DNA of 64,000 bases, from the sequence record LT603033.1. One strand, 5' to 3'. This document shows positions 10,446-22,478 of the stretch, piece after piece (position 1 is the first letter of the stretch; each line of letters starts with the position of its first letter). Under the pieces are notes generated by a model that did not search any database, was not told the DNA's origin, and worked only from the letters and a program-made list of their open reading frames with translations. The translations under genes were made by a program, and so were the position numbers.

Positions 10446-10474
10446 AATACCCAGTCAAGTACTGGGTATTTTTT
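10446..10474 (+). terminator. intrinsic terminator
   Basis: AATACCCAGT-CAAGT-ACTGGGTATT followed by T-tract. Confidence 0.75.
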
Positions 10475-10486
10475 TAAGGAAATAAA

Positions 10487-10879
10487 ATGACTGAATCTGA
10501 ACTACGTGAAATGATAGATTTCATTTATGAAATGGTACAAGATAAAAATAACATCAATACAATTGCATCTGGTCCAAGACAAATTGGTAACCAAATAACA
10601 TATTCTTTGTCCTTATGGTTACACCCGTGCATTAAGGTTGATTGTTTGTATTTCCGTCCTGATATTGATGCTTATTATTTTGTCAATCATGATGCATTAA
10701 TGAAACCACATAATCGTCCAGTTGATGATAACTTTGTGACGCACCCATTTTACCTTGCTGATTCCGAAGAGGATGAGTTTCAAAAGAACACAACGTTAAG
10801 CCCAGGTGAAATTTGCATCCCTTACACACTAAAAGATAAAATGATTTACATCACAGAAGTTATGAAAACATGCTGGTAA
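10487..10879 (+). CDS. FQ-motif family protein (divergent)
   Basis: SEEDEFQKNTTL. Confidence 0.7.
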   Translation: MTESELREMIDFIYEMVQDKNNINTIASGPRQIGNQITYSLSLWLHPCIKVDCLYFRPDIDAYYFVNHDALMKPHNRPVDDNFVTHPFYLADSEEDEFQKNTTLSPGEICIPYTLKDKMIYITEVMKTCW

Positions 10880-10926
10880 GTGCAATGAAACTCTGATATA
10901 ATACTATGACTTACTAAGGAGAACAT

Positions 10927-11496
10927 ATGAACTTTATTAAATTCAACACATATGAGTCAGAAGCATACTTTAATACAAATAATAAATTTAATATTATTCT
11001 TAAAGACGGAACGGTTGTTATCGGAGTATCATTGCTTTCATTTGATGGCGAAAAACTCAAAACTGTTTATAAATTCACCAATCTTGATGGTGATTACTGG
11101 GATACGTCAGATGTATCTAAAATTTGCACACATTATGTATTTGAATCTATTGAAGTTGGTGATGGCTGGGCATTGACCTGTAATGGTAATAAAGTATTTT
11201 CTGGTAACATATTTGGAGTAATTTCCAGTAAAGAAATCGTAGACCATCATCTTCATGTTCTCAATAATAACGCCAACACTTATACACCTGATAATATCAA
11301 AATTCACGATATTGTAACATATACTGATTATAATGGTTTCAGACATAAAGCAATCGTAACTGAAGTTAAAAAACCAAAAAATTATTTCGACCACGGTTTA
11401 ATTGAAGTATATATGGTAGGTGGCGAAAAACAATACTTTGATCATTTCACTTATACTGGTTGGGATAGATTCCTAACCGTTATTGAGGAATACTAA
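10927..11496 (+). CDS. hypothetical protein
   Basis: AAGGAG RBS. Confidence 0.72.
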   Translation: MNFIKFNTYESEAYFNTNNKFNIILKDGTVVIGVSLLSFDGEKLKTVYKFTNLDGDYWDTSDVSKICTHYVFESIEVGDGWALTCNGNKVFSGNIFGVISSKEIVDHHLHVLNNNANTYTPDNIKIHDIVTYTDYNGFRHKAIVTEVKKPKNYFDHGLIEVYMVGGEKQYFDHFTYTGWDRFLTVIEEY

Positions 11497-11497
11497 C

Positions 11498-11986
11498 ATG
11501 CCGATTCGTGGTGTCCCAGAACCATTAATGGAAGTTATTAAGCATGTTCGCATTGGAGATCGAGAAGTTAATCTTCGCCGTAATAACATTTATTACTTTA
11601 AAACTTCAGAAATGAGTTCTGTGCAGATTGTCATTGGTACATCTATTAAGATTACTCGTGTACTTGATGGTAGTACTGACTTCGTTGAATATAATGTACT
11701 TACTAATAAAGTAACGCATATATATAAATGGAGTGGGTATAAAACTATTAAGTATGAATTTGACTTAGCTAGAACTGAAGAAGAACGATTTATGCTGAGT
11801 ACTATCAATCCAGCAAACTATCCCGATCTTGATGCATTTTTGCTAATTTTAAAATTGTATAATGAAGCAAATCAGAAAGCTAAAGAGTATGATAGAATCA
11901 TGTATGAACGCCGAAAAGAACGTGCACAAAAAAGTTATGATCTGTATGATAGCCCATACGTGAAATATAGTAAGGGGTCGAAATGA
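11498..11986 (+). CDS. FQ-motif family protein
   Basis: TEEERFMLSTINP; GAGGA RBS. Confidence 0.72.
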   Translation: MPIRGVPEPLMEVIKHVRIGDREVNLRRNNIYYFKTSEMSSVQIVIGTSIKITRVLDGSTDFVEYNVLTNKVTHIYKWSGYKTIKYEFDLARTEEERFMLSTINPANYPDLDAFLLILKLYNEANQKAKEYDRIMYERRKERAQKSYDLYDSPYVKYSKGSK

Positions 11987-12387
11987 ATAAAGAAGTTCAA
12001 ATTATCATAACTCCACCTATACAAAGTCTGGATGTATCCATTAGTGATTTTTTGGAAAAATACTATGAATGGTTTAATGAAGATTCAGTAATTTATAACC
12101 ATTCATTACCAGATGGTTTCGTGGAGCTTATCGAATTAAATTCAAAATCACTATACTTCTGTGTTGAATACAATGATTATATGACAGATGAAGCTTATCG
12201 CTTTCGTTGTACATTGTATCCGAATTATTTTTCAATAGGTTATAAAGATTACCAGTACTGTACCACTAACTATAGTGTTGAGGAAGAATTTCAGTACAAT
12301 TTACTTTATCCTGATTTAGATTATACGATTGCAGTACTGTTGACTAAAATCATGGATTTTTATAAAGATAAATATAATGCAGCCTAA
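11983..12387 (+). CDS. FQ-motif family protein (divergent)
   Basis: VEEEFQYNLLYPDL. Confidence 0.7.
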   Translation: MNKEVQIIITPPIQSLDVSISDFLEKYYEWFNEDSVIYNHSLPDGFVELIELNSKSLYFCVEYNDYMTDEAYRFRCTLYPNYFSIGYKDYQYCTTNYSVEEEFQYNLLYPDLDYTIAVLLTKIMDFYKDKYNAA

Positions 12388-12562
12388 GACATTTGATGAG
12401 TGGTTTAATCTACACTATAATATAAATGCAGCAGATATATACTATTTTAAGCTTGAATTGTATATATCATTGCGTAACCCAATTGAGTACTATAACAACA
12501 TTATCAATTGTGATGATTTTGGTACATATTTTAGTATAGCCGTTATGGATATTAAGAGATGA
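12377..12562 (+). CDS. small hypothetical protein, distantly MTHEEW-like
   Basis: N-terminal KTFDEWF; coupled both sides. Confidence 0.6.
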   Translation: MQPKTFDEWFNLHYNINAADIYYFKLELYISLRNPIEYYNNIINCDDFGTYFSIAVMDIKR

Positions 12563-12738
12563 CACATGAAGAATGGATGGCAATGATGAAAAAACGTTAT
12601 GACCAGTTTGGAAATGGATTTATTGATGGTCATTTCGATATTTTACGAGACAAATATAAGTTCGAATCATATGTACTAGATGAGAATGGAAATCGTTGGT
12701 TCATCTATGAGCTTGCGGTTAGAGACAAAAAAATATAA
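12559..12738 (+). CDS. MTHEEW-family microprotein (59 aa)
   Basis: MTHEEWMAMMKKRYDQFG...WFIYELAVRDKKI; read by hand. Confidence 0.7.
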   Translation: MTHEEWMAMMKKRYDQFGNGFIDGHFDILRDKYKFESYVLDENGNRWFIYELAVRDKKI

Positions 12739-12750
12739 TAACCTTTTCCA

Positions 12751-12816
12751 TTGTCCATTGCAATGCTTTCTTTACAGAAGAATAAATGAAACACTTAATT
12801 GAACTGGATACATAAA
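12751..12816 (+). pseudogene. relic 3' end of the 13119..13334 gene
   Basis: Near-identical to 13270-13334 but with in-frame TAA. Confidence 0.55.
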
Positions 12817-12993
12817 ATGACACACAAAGAATGGATAGAGTCACTAAAATATAAACATGATCATTTTGGATTTGGTATACGCCAAGGCCATTATGATGTT
12901 TTGAACGATAAAAAAACGTTCGAATCCTTGGTTTTGGACGAAGATTCCAACCACTGGTTCATCTACGAGCTTGCTATTAGAGATAAAAAATAG
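12817..12993 (+). CDS. MTHEEW-family microprotein
   Basis: MTHKEW...WFIYELAIRDKK. Confidence 0.7.
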   Translation: MTHKEWIESLKYKHDHFGFGIRQGHYDVLNDKKTFESLVLDEDSNHWFIYELAIRDKK

Positions 12994-12998
12994 TAAGA

Positions 12999-13334
<336 letters not shown>

Positions 13335-13335
13335 A

Positions 13336-13518
13336 ATGACACACGAAGAATGGATGTCCAAACAGCATAAAGAACATGACTGCTTTGGGAATGGCATTCG
13401 TCAGGTACATTATGATATATTAAGAGATGAAAATCTTTTCAGGTCATATGTTTTGGATACCAGAAAACCCTGGTTTATATGCGAACTGGCATTTAGAAAG
13501 TCAAATAATCAAAACTAA
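13336..13518 (+). CDS. MTHEEW-family microprotein
   Basis: MTHEEW...PWFICELAFRK. Confidence 0.7.
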   Translation: MTHEEWMSKQHKEHDCFGNGIRQVHYDILRDENLFRSYVLDTRKPWFICELAFRKSNNQN

Positions 13519-13534
13519 ACAAGGAATACAAAAA

Positions 13535-13753
13535 ATGGAAACAACTTTATTAGAAGTTATTCAATCATTAAAACCTGAAGATGAGGTTCAAGTACTACTA
13601 CATGGTTATCGTGTAAAAGGTACTGTGGTTTTAGTCAATGATACAACATTGGTTATTACAGAAACAAACCCATATGATAGTAATCAACTTGCCAATATCC
13701 ATATCGATATCACTGGAATTATTGGTGTCGGTGTATCTAAAACACTTGCATAA
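13535..13753 (+). CDS. small beta-rich hypothetical protein
   Basis: AAGGA RBS; start corrected from track 13427. Confidence 0.65.
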   Translation: METTLLEVIQSLKPEDEVQVLLHGYRVKGTVVLVNDTTLVITETNPYDSNQLANIHIDITGIIGVGVSKTLA

Positions 13754-13786
13754 ATCATTAATTCATTATATAATGGGACATAACAT

Positions 13787-13902
<116 letters not shown>

Positions 13903-13906
13903 AATA

Positions 13907-13983
13907 CGGGGTATAGCACAATTGGATAGTGCAAGAGAATTCTAATCTCTAGGTTGGGGGTTCAAGTCCCTCTACCTCGGCCA
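13907..13983 (+). tRNA. tRNA-Arg(TCT)
   Basis: CGGGGTA/TACCTCG acceptor, stem AGAGA/TCTCT, loop ATTCTAA, CCA. Confidence 0.9.
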
Positions 13984-14006
13984 ATTTTAATTAAAGGTTA
14001 AAAACC

Positions 14007-14333
<327 letters not shown>

Positions 14334-14341
14334 AAAAAAAG

Positions 14342-14755
<414 letters not shown>

Positions 14756-14812
14756 CTAAATAATTCAGTACCAAGGAGATTAATATGTTTAAAGATGAAC
14801 GTCCAGATTTGT

Positions 14813-14850
<38 letters not shown>

Positions 14851-14856
14851 GAATTC

Positions 14857-15198
14857 CACAATCAGACGTATATGGTGTAAGTTACGTCGATGCAATCCAG
14901 AACAAGATCTCTGGTACTCTAGGAAGTGGTGAATGTTAACCTAGACGGGTTTGATAATTGGACGATAGGCAATTATTACTTGACTAGCAGGTTTAAACTA
15001 GAGGTGATAGTCCTTCACCAAACTGGAAAACCGGATGGACTTTTATTTAAAAGGGTAAGGCGTGGAAATATGTTTACAGAAGTTGCTTTTAGTAGCCTGT
15101 ACGCCCCACGTCAAGGTAGCCGAAAGGCAAGTTAAAACGGGTGGTTATAAAGCTGAATTAACAGCGGCGTTTAAAAGCGTCACCATCCATTTTTTTTT
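14857..15198 (+). ncRNA. candidate structured ncRNA (about 340 nt)
   Basis: Own promoter, GC-richer, many helices, ends in structure plus T-tract; no credible RBS/ORF. Confidence 0.55.
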
Positions 15199-15214
15199 AA
15201 TTAAAGTTGGTGAT

Positions 15215-15979
<765 letters not shown>

Positions 15980-15992
15980 TTCACATGATATA

Positions 15993-16810
<818 letters not shown>

Positions 16811-16813
16811 ATA

Positions 16814-16900
<87 letters not shown>

Positions 16901-16955
16901 GACTGCCAAACAGCTTGAAGTACTTTGTAGTGCTGCACCTATGCCGACACTTGGC

Positions 16956-17056
<101 letters not shown>

Positions 17057-17068
17057 TATCTTACTTCT

Positions 17069-17158
<90 letters not shown>

Positions 17159-17164
17159 TACACT

Positions 17165-17590
17165 ATGACATACAACATTGTTAAAATGGTGAACTATGTA
17201 TTAAAAAACAACGCATGGTCACTGCATGATGTACAATTAGAAGATATTGGTGAAGTTAGAGTATTTTGCTATGATCCAGATTTGAATCAAACCACAGATT
17301 TGAGTAAATGTTTTAATATTTTTCTTGGTTATGAATTCAATAATCATTTTTATTCATTTGATGTGTATTTTGAAAAAGTTATATTCAGAAGTTATGAATG
17401 TGATAATGAAGATTATGATTATGATGATGAATCAATTGAATTGAATGTTAACGATATTGATACTGAAGAAAAATTCTTCCAGTACTGCCTCCTTAACGAC
17501 ACATTAGGATTAACATTTGAGGACATTAAAGCTATACTTAAAGTTCAAAAGTTGATTCCAGAAGAGGTACTAAATCCATTAAATGACTAG
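17165..17590 (+). CDS. FQ-motif family protein
   Basis: TEEKFFQYCLLNDTLGLTFEDI. Confidence 0.75.
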   Translation: MTYNIVKMVNYVLKNNAWSLHDVQLEDIGEVRVFCYDPDLNQTTDLSKCFNIFLGYEFNNHFYSFDVYFEKVIFRSYECDNEDYDYDDESIELNVNDIDTEEKFFQYCLLNDTLGLTFEDIKAILKVQKLIPEEVLNPLND

Positions 17591-17948
17591 TCTAATAGTA
17601 CGTATAATGCAAGATGTTTGTAATAACCTTTATACAGGCAATTTTGACGATCCGAACATAAAAATATTATGTTATGATGGTTTTACAATGGTACATCCAT
17701 CCTATTCAAATAATATCTACGTAGCATATACAGGTGAAAATCTATTGTATCAATTTGATATATATAGTACAATGACAAAGATAATTTTGGATGCCTCTAA
17801 ACCAGCAATCTTTATTGCTTCTCATGATTACCATTACACTGAAGAATCACTATTTCAGTACTCAATGATTAATGACATTGGTGGGTTGACATTGGATGAG
17901 GTTAATGCTATACTAGCTGTCTCACGTTTGGTTAAAACCCACAATTAG
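17583..17948 (+). CDS. FQ-motif family protein
   Basis: TEESLFQYSMINDIGGLTLDEV. Confidence 0.75.
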   Translation: MTSLIVRIMQDVCNNLYTGNFDDPNIKILCYDGFTMVHPSYSNNIYVAYTGENLLYQFDIYSTMTKIILDASKPAIFIASHDYHYTEESLFQYSMINDIGGLTLDEVNAILAVSRLVKTHN

Positions 17949-17957
17949 GAGATTCAT

Positions 17958-18149
17958 ATGTTCTGGAATTTATTATGCTTGTTTGGTCGTACATTGGTTC
18001 TTGCTATTATTCATACACCTGGTATTCGTAATTATGTTTCTTATGAATTTAAGAAAAATTATCACAACAATACTGAAGTTCGTACAACTAAGATGTGCAA
18101 AGACTTCAAGGTAGATGTTCCACCATTCAAGAAGTACGAGGATGAATAA
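17958..18149 (+). CDS. small hypothetical protein
   Basis: AGGAG RBS. Confidence 0.65.
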   Translation: MFWNLLCLFGRTLVLAIIHTPGIRNYVSYEFKKNYHNNTEVRTTKMCKDFKVDVPPFKKYEDE

Positions 18150-18433
18150 TGGAATTCATTGTTGCACCTGATGAACTTAAAACATTCACGTTCAGAGATA
18201 ATAACAATTATCCTTATACAAATCATTCATTGAATTCATTACATGTTATTGCAATCATTGCATCTGAATACAGGGATAATCCATGTATTGATTTTAAAAC
18301 CACTGATGGCGAATATACATGGGTGATCCCAAAAGATAAATATAGTTATCAAGGGGCAGTAGAAATTCGTGACTCGATTCTAAAACAAATCGAAGATGGA
18401 AATACTCATCCTAAACTAAACACTCAGTACTGA
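18149..18433 (+). CDS. hypothetical protein
   Basis: Coupled ATG ORF. Confidence 0.7.
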   Translation: MEFIVAPDELKTFTFRDNNNYPYTNHSLNSLHVIAIIASEYRDNPCIDFKTTDGEYTWVIPKDKYSYQGAVEIRDSILKQIEDGNTHPKLNTQY

Positions 18434-18446
18434 AATCGTTTAACCC

Positions 18447-18500
18447 GATAGCTTCTAGTCAGTACTGATTCCTCCTTATGTATAGAAGCTATCACTTTTT
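18447..18500 (+). terminator. long-stem hairpin, probable terminator
   Basis: GATAGCTTCTA/TAGAAGCTATC 11-bp inverted repeat then T-tract. Confidence 0.55.
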
Positions 18501-18658
18501 TACGTATAATGATATTACCCTCAAATTCATTATATTCGTTACCCTCTAACAGTATCTTTTTATTCCTCTTGGATGCTGTAATTTAGAAGTTGACTTTTTA
18601 ACTTCTACTGTGTTATACTTAAGGCTGATTCGATGAATCGGCCTTTTTTCTTATATAG

Positions 18659-19087
18659 GTGAATGCAATGAGTTATTTGTTTACTTTAATTGATAAGTAT
18701 GTTGACATTGTATACCGTCAAGTTTGTAGTGATACGTTTGAAACAAAAAACCCAATTAGAGATGGCATTTTTGATGTTGTCGTTGGATCATTTTTGAATG
18801 GATACACCGAGACATTATACAACAGTAATAATATTTTTATTTCAGTTCAATCCAGACATACATCAGACTATGCTGTTAGCATTGATATTTGGGAAAATAA
18901 TATAGAAATAGATATAACGGAACATACTAACATTCATGTTGATGATACATTTAATCAATTAACTGAAGAAATGTACTTGCAGTTGAATTTTGTACATAAT
19001 CTTACAAATATCAGTTATGATACATTAAGGAAAATATGTTTTCTTAGTGGGGTGATCCGTAGTAATATGAGTAAGGATGGGAAGTGA
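18659..19087 (+). CDS. FQ-motif family protein (divergent)
   Basis: TEEMYLQLNFVHNL. Confidence 0.7.
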   Translation: MNAMSYLFTLIDKYVDIVYRQVCSDTFETKNPIRDGIFDVVVGSFLNGYTETLYNSNNIFISVQSRHTSDYAVSIDIWENNIEIDITEHTNIHVDDTFNQLTEEMYLQLNFVHNLTNISYDTLRKICFLSGVIRSNMSKDGK

Positions 19088-19088
19088 A

Positions 19089-19505
19089 ATGTTAAAAATT
19101 CCACCTAAGTCGTTAACACATCTTATTGAATGTGGTGTAATATTTTCCGAAGGTGATACCTCATCATACACATTGGTCGATGAGCCTTATAATTTTTCAT
19201 ACCAATCTTATAAAAATAATTCTAAAATTTCTTGTAGATATGCTGAAAACATATTAATAGATGTTTCGTTACATAATGTTCCGAAATTTTACATTGATAT
19301 CTTTGGTGATTCTTTGACAATTCGAACATATGATTATTTTATTAATAAAGACCTCTTGAGTCTTCCAATTGAACATGATACTATAGATTCAGAGATGTTC
19401 TTTCAACTATCAACAGTTTACGATTTACAGGGTTTAACTGTTGAGCAGTTGAATGGAATATTTGAGATTTCACGAAACATACGAAGCAGGAATAAAAATG
19501 TCTAA
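19089..19505 (+). CDS. FQ-motif family protein
   Basis: DSEMFFQLSTVYDLQGLT. Confidence 0.75.
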   Translation: MLKIPPKSLTHLIECGVIFSEGDTSSYTLVDEPYNFSYQSYKNNSKISCRYAENILIDVSLHNVPKFYIDIFGDSLTIRTYDYFINKDLLSLPIEHDTIDSEMFFQLSTVYDLQGLTVEQLNGIFEISRNIRSRNKNV

Positions 19506-19908
19506 TATTTTAAATGAAAAAACAGTTGATGTTGTTATTGGTGTTCTTAACACCGCAACTTCATTTCAGAAGAAACACAGTGTTGTATACTTTGGTGAAG
19601 ATTGTTGGCTGAACTATACTAATAATTCGTTTATAATTCGTGTAGAGGCTGATGATATTGGATTAACCGTTCAGGTAGGATGTGCCAAAACTGACAAACA
19701 AATCACTGTCATTGTTGATAAACTTACGTCTTCTTTTTATGATAGTATAGATGATTGTGAACACTATAGTTCAACATTTTATGATACAGAAGAAGAACAT
19801 TTTATGGAAAGTACTGTTCAAGAGTTAGCTATTCCATATAAGCTAATGAAAGCAGTGAGTGATTTAATTTTAAAATATAAAAAAATAGGAGTTACTAATG
19901 CAATTTAA
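19498..19908 (+). CDS. FQ-motif family protein
   Basis: TEEEHFMESTVQEL; AGGA RBS. Confidence 0.72.
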   Translation: MSNILNEKTVDVVIGVLNTATSFQKKHSVVYFGEDCWLNYTNNSFIIRVEADDIGLTVQVGCAKTDKQITVIVDKLTSSFYDSIDDCEHYSSTFYDTEEEHFMESTVQELAIPYKLMKAVSDLILKYKKIGVTNAI

Positions 19909-20344
19909 TGGTAAAGTTTCCAAAGTAGGTTTGGTTTTTGAAAACTGTGAATTTGTTGATATTGATGTAAAGAATGTTTTATGGATGCATATTGCTGATG
20001 AGAAGACTCTTTGTAGCCGTTTTTCAAACGGTCTGACAATTAGTACTGTTATCGGTGAGTTCGGTATTGCATTACGCAGCAATACACCATCGGATTTCAT
20101 GGACAACTCTACACTGTTAGACCGTTTAAAAATGCGTGACGTTACACACGTTTATCTATATGATACTAACGGTGTTGAACAGCGTTATGTAGTTGAATGG
20201 GCTAATTATAACCTTAGTGATCAATATTCAGTAAACCAGCGTGTTCAAATCACCCCTGGTGGTAATATTGTGTTTGTTAGTTCAACTGGTAAATTAATCA
20301 GTGTAGATGATAAAAACATTGACCTATTCACAGCATATAACTAA
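19898..20344 (+). CDS. hypothetical protein
   Basis: AGGAG RBS, coupled. Confidence 0.72.
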   Translation: MQFNGKVSKVGLVFENCEFVDIDVKNVLWMHIADEKTLCSRFSNGLTISTVIGEFGIALRSNTPSDFMDNSTLLDRLKMRDVTHVYLYDTNGVEQRYVVEWANYNLSDQYSVNQRVQITPGGNIVFVSSTGKLISVDDKNIDLFTAYN

Positions 20345-20355
20345 TACGAGCTTCC

Positions 20356-20775
20356 ATGAAAACAATCAAAATTCATTTCAAAGACACTTGGACAGAAGTA
20401 AGTACTGGTAATATTCAGGATATTTTATATAGTACTGAAACTATTCATGTTTATGATGAAGAGACTGCTTCCGAGCAGTTAAAAGTTTTGCATCGTAGTG
20501 TTGGTGTGCACACTGAATATGGCATTAAACATACTCGTGAATTACTTAATACTAATCACATTGAAACCCGTAAAGCAAACTTATCAAAAGAAGAAATGTT
20601 CGATTTCATCCTGAACCATAAAGTTCATATTGAGCCTGATGGGTCTATATGGGAGAACACTGCTGGACAAAAAGTGCTGAAAAAATATCATGTTTCAATT
20701 GATAATGTAAAAATGTCAGGGTATGATTTGGAAGATGCAATTAATGAATATGTATCTAGGCAGAGGGCAAATTGA
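20356..20775 (+). CDS. hypothetical protein
   Basis: ATG ORF, co-directional. Confidence 0.7.
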   Translation: MKTIKIHFKDTWTEVSTGNIQDILYSTETIHVYDEETASEQLKVLHRSVGVHTEYGIKHTRELLNTNHIETRKANLSKEEMFDFILNHKVHIEPDGSIWENTAGQKVLKKYHVSIDNVKMSGYDLEDAINEYVSRQRAN

Positions 20776-21146
20776 TGAGCTTGATAACATTTACAATTAT
20801 TTGTTGCATTACTATTGTACTTTGTCGCCTGATTCATGTATACTCATATCATAAAGCGTTGCGAATCGAACAAGAGATTTACAACGAAAACCGAGAACCA
20901 GAACCAGTCAAGAAGCCACCATCACCTTATGGGTTGAAACGTGAGATGCATTCTCAAAGTAAAAAGTGGGGTTATGCAATTACTAAAAATGGCTACATCT
21001 ATACTGCAAGTAATGGTTATTTTCAAATTCACCACGAATTAGAAGTGGCAGTTCAAATTTTGTGGGAGATGGAGGACATTGGTGGTTATGAGCGTACTAA
21101 GTTTGAATTCATATCAAATGATCCAGGAACTTCACGAGAAACATGA
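20772..21146 (+). CDS. membrane-anchored hypothetical protein
   Basis: N-terminal hydrophobic helix. Confidence 0.65.
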   Translation: MMSLITFTIICCITIVLCRLIHVYSYHKALRIEQEIYNENREPEPVKKPPSPYGLKREMHSQSKKWGYAITKNGYIYTASNGYFQIHHELEVAVQILWEMEDIGGYERTKFEFISNDPGTSRET

Positions 21147-21291
21147 TATAATTGTTGATGTGGAGAAGAAGGAAGTCGTTATGAAAAAGCAAGCATATAG
21201 AATTTTAGAAGACTTCCATCTAAAAGCATTTATAATGAAGTTCTGTACAGATGAACATCTTACCGGACGAGTAATACGTAAGGAGTTGTAA

Positions 21292-21633
21292 ATGAACTTA
21301 AGTTCAACAATTCAGTACTTGAGCAGTAACTTCGAGAAAATTATTTCTCGCGGTGGGATGATTGTACACCCAGAAACAGAGGAAATGTACATCATTGGAT
21401 TTGATAAAAATTCTTATGATCAAGTACTTGTAATTTCCAAGTTAGAAAGTTATAATGAAGTTGTTCAGTTTTGCTGTACCGAATTTGGTATCTATATTAA
21501 AGACGCTGAAACTAATACAATTTCGCATTATTTTTATCACACACTGATGGGTACTAAAGATTTCGGATTGAAGTTCAATGATTTAGTACAATGTCACTAT
21601 ATGTTTAAAACCTTCCCAGCTAGTGGGCACTAA
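21292..21633 (+). CDS. hypothetical protein
   Basis: AAGGAG RBS. Confidence 0.7.
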   Translation: MNLSSTIQYLSSNFEKIISRGGMIVHPETEEMYIIGFDKNSYDQVLVISKLESYNEVVQFCCTEFGIYIKDAETNTISHYFYHTLMGTKDFGLKFNDLVQCHYMFKTFPASGH

Positions 21634-21646
21634 GGAGTATATCAAT

Positions 21647-22435
21647 ATGAGCAACATTTTCTTCAAAACTATTTCTTTCAAAAAAGCATCTTACTCCTAC
21701 GCCTACGTTGATGGTAAAGTGCTTAATATTGTACTGGATGGTGTTGATGTACCAGTTGAATTTAAAACACATGAAGAAGCAGTTGAAGGTGCTAAAGAAT
21801 TGAATTCAATTCTTAATGGTGAAGTAAGTCAAAAACAAAATGTAAAATCTGATTTAGATGTACTTTTGGAAAAAATCAAAACTGGTGAAGTATTAGAAAT
21901 TTTAGACAACTGTAATGAAAAACTTCGTAATGTAGTTAATAATGTTCGTGACCAGATTCAAGAAAAAGCACTAGAGCAAGCATTCAAACATGTATCCAAG
22001 AATGCTGAATCTCGTATTGATGGTATGGTTAAAAATCTTGATGATGTACTATCCCATCTCTTTACTAAAGAATACGAACAAGAAGTTGAAGAAGAACCAG
22101 TAAAAGAAACCAAAAAAGAAAAACGTAGCTTTGGTTCAGGTGATGATGTGTTTGGCTTTACGAATGTCCGAACAAGTGCAGATGAACCAAAAGAAATTAG
22201 TGAGATGCTCATTGGTGACATGACAACTAAGCAGCTTCGTAATGAAATTGACAAGTTTGTAACTAGTTGTATCAAATCAGAACGTGCACAAAGTATGTTT
22301 AAAAGCATTAGTGAGAACTTTGGTCCAGAAGCAACTGAGCAGGCACTAACTGCATTTAAAGAATTGATTTATAATGTAGCCATTAGCAATCCAGATAAAA
22401 CACTTGAAGAAGTTCTACGTGACAATTTCAAATAA
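21647..22435 (+). CDS. hypothetical helical/coiled-coil protein
   Basis: AAGGAG RBS; charged helical sequence. Confidence 0.78.
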   Translation: MSNIFFKTISFKKASYSYAYVDGKVLNIVLDGVDVPVEFKTHEEAVEGAKELNSILNGEVSQKQNVKSDLDVLLEKIKTGEVLEILDNCNEKLRNVVNNVRDQIQEKALEQAFKHVSKNAESRIDGMVKNLDDVLSHLFTKEYEQEVEEEPVKETKKEKRSFGSGDDVFGFTNVRTSADEPKEISEMLIGDMTTKQLRNEIDKFVTSCIKSERAQSMFKSISENFGPEATEQALTAFKELIYNVAISNPDKTLEEVLRDNFK

Positions 22436-22447
22436 TTAGATAAAATT

Positions 22448-22478
22448 AAAGCCACTACAATGTAGTGGCTTTTTTTTA
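22448..22478. terminator. bidirectional terminator at convergent junction
   Basis: AAAGCCACTACA-A-TGTAGTGGCTTT plus T-tract between convergent genes. Confidence 0.85.

Noticed and set aside
14857-15198. tmRNA, RNase P RNA or group I intron identity for the 340-nt element
   Set aside because: No tRNA-like acceptor or T-arm, and no convincing tag ORF. ACAGAAGTTGCTT and GACTA..TAGTC only loosely echo RNase P CR-V and intron P7, other core elements are missing, and there are no flanking exons.
14926-15214. Track ORF 14926..15135 and the 5' extension of ORF 15062
   Set aside because: GTG starts without good RBS, atypical composition, and overlap with a structured, terminator-ended element.
18495-18600. 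Possible short minus-strand reading frame in the 18.4-18.6 kb gap
   Set aside because: No start codon or RBS found; the region is explained by a hairpin and a + strand promoter.
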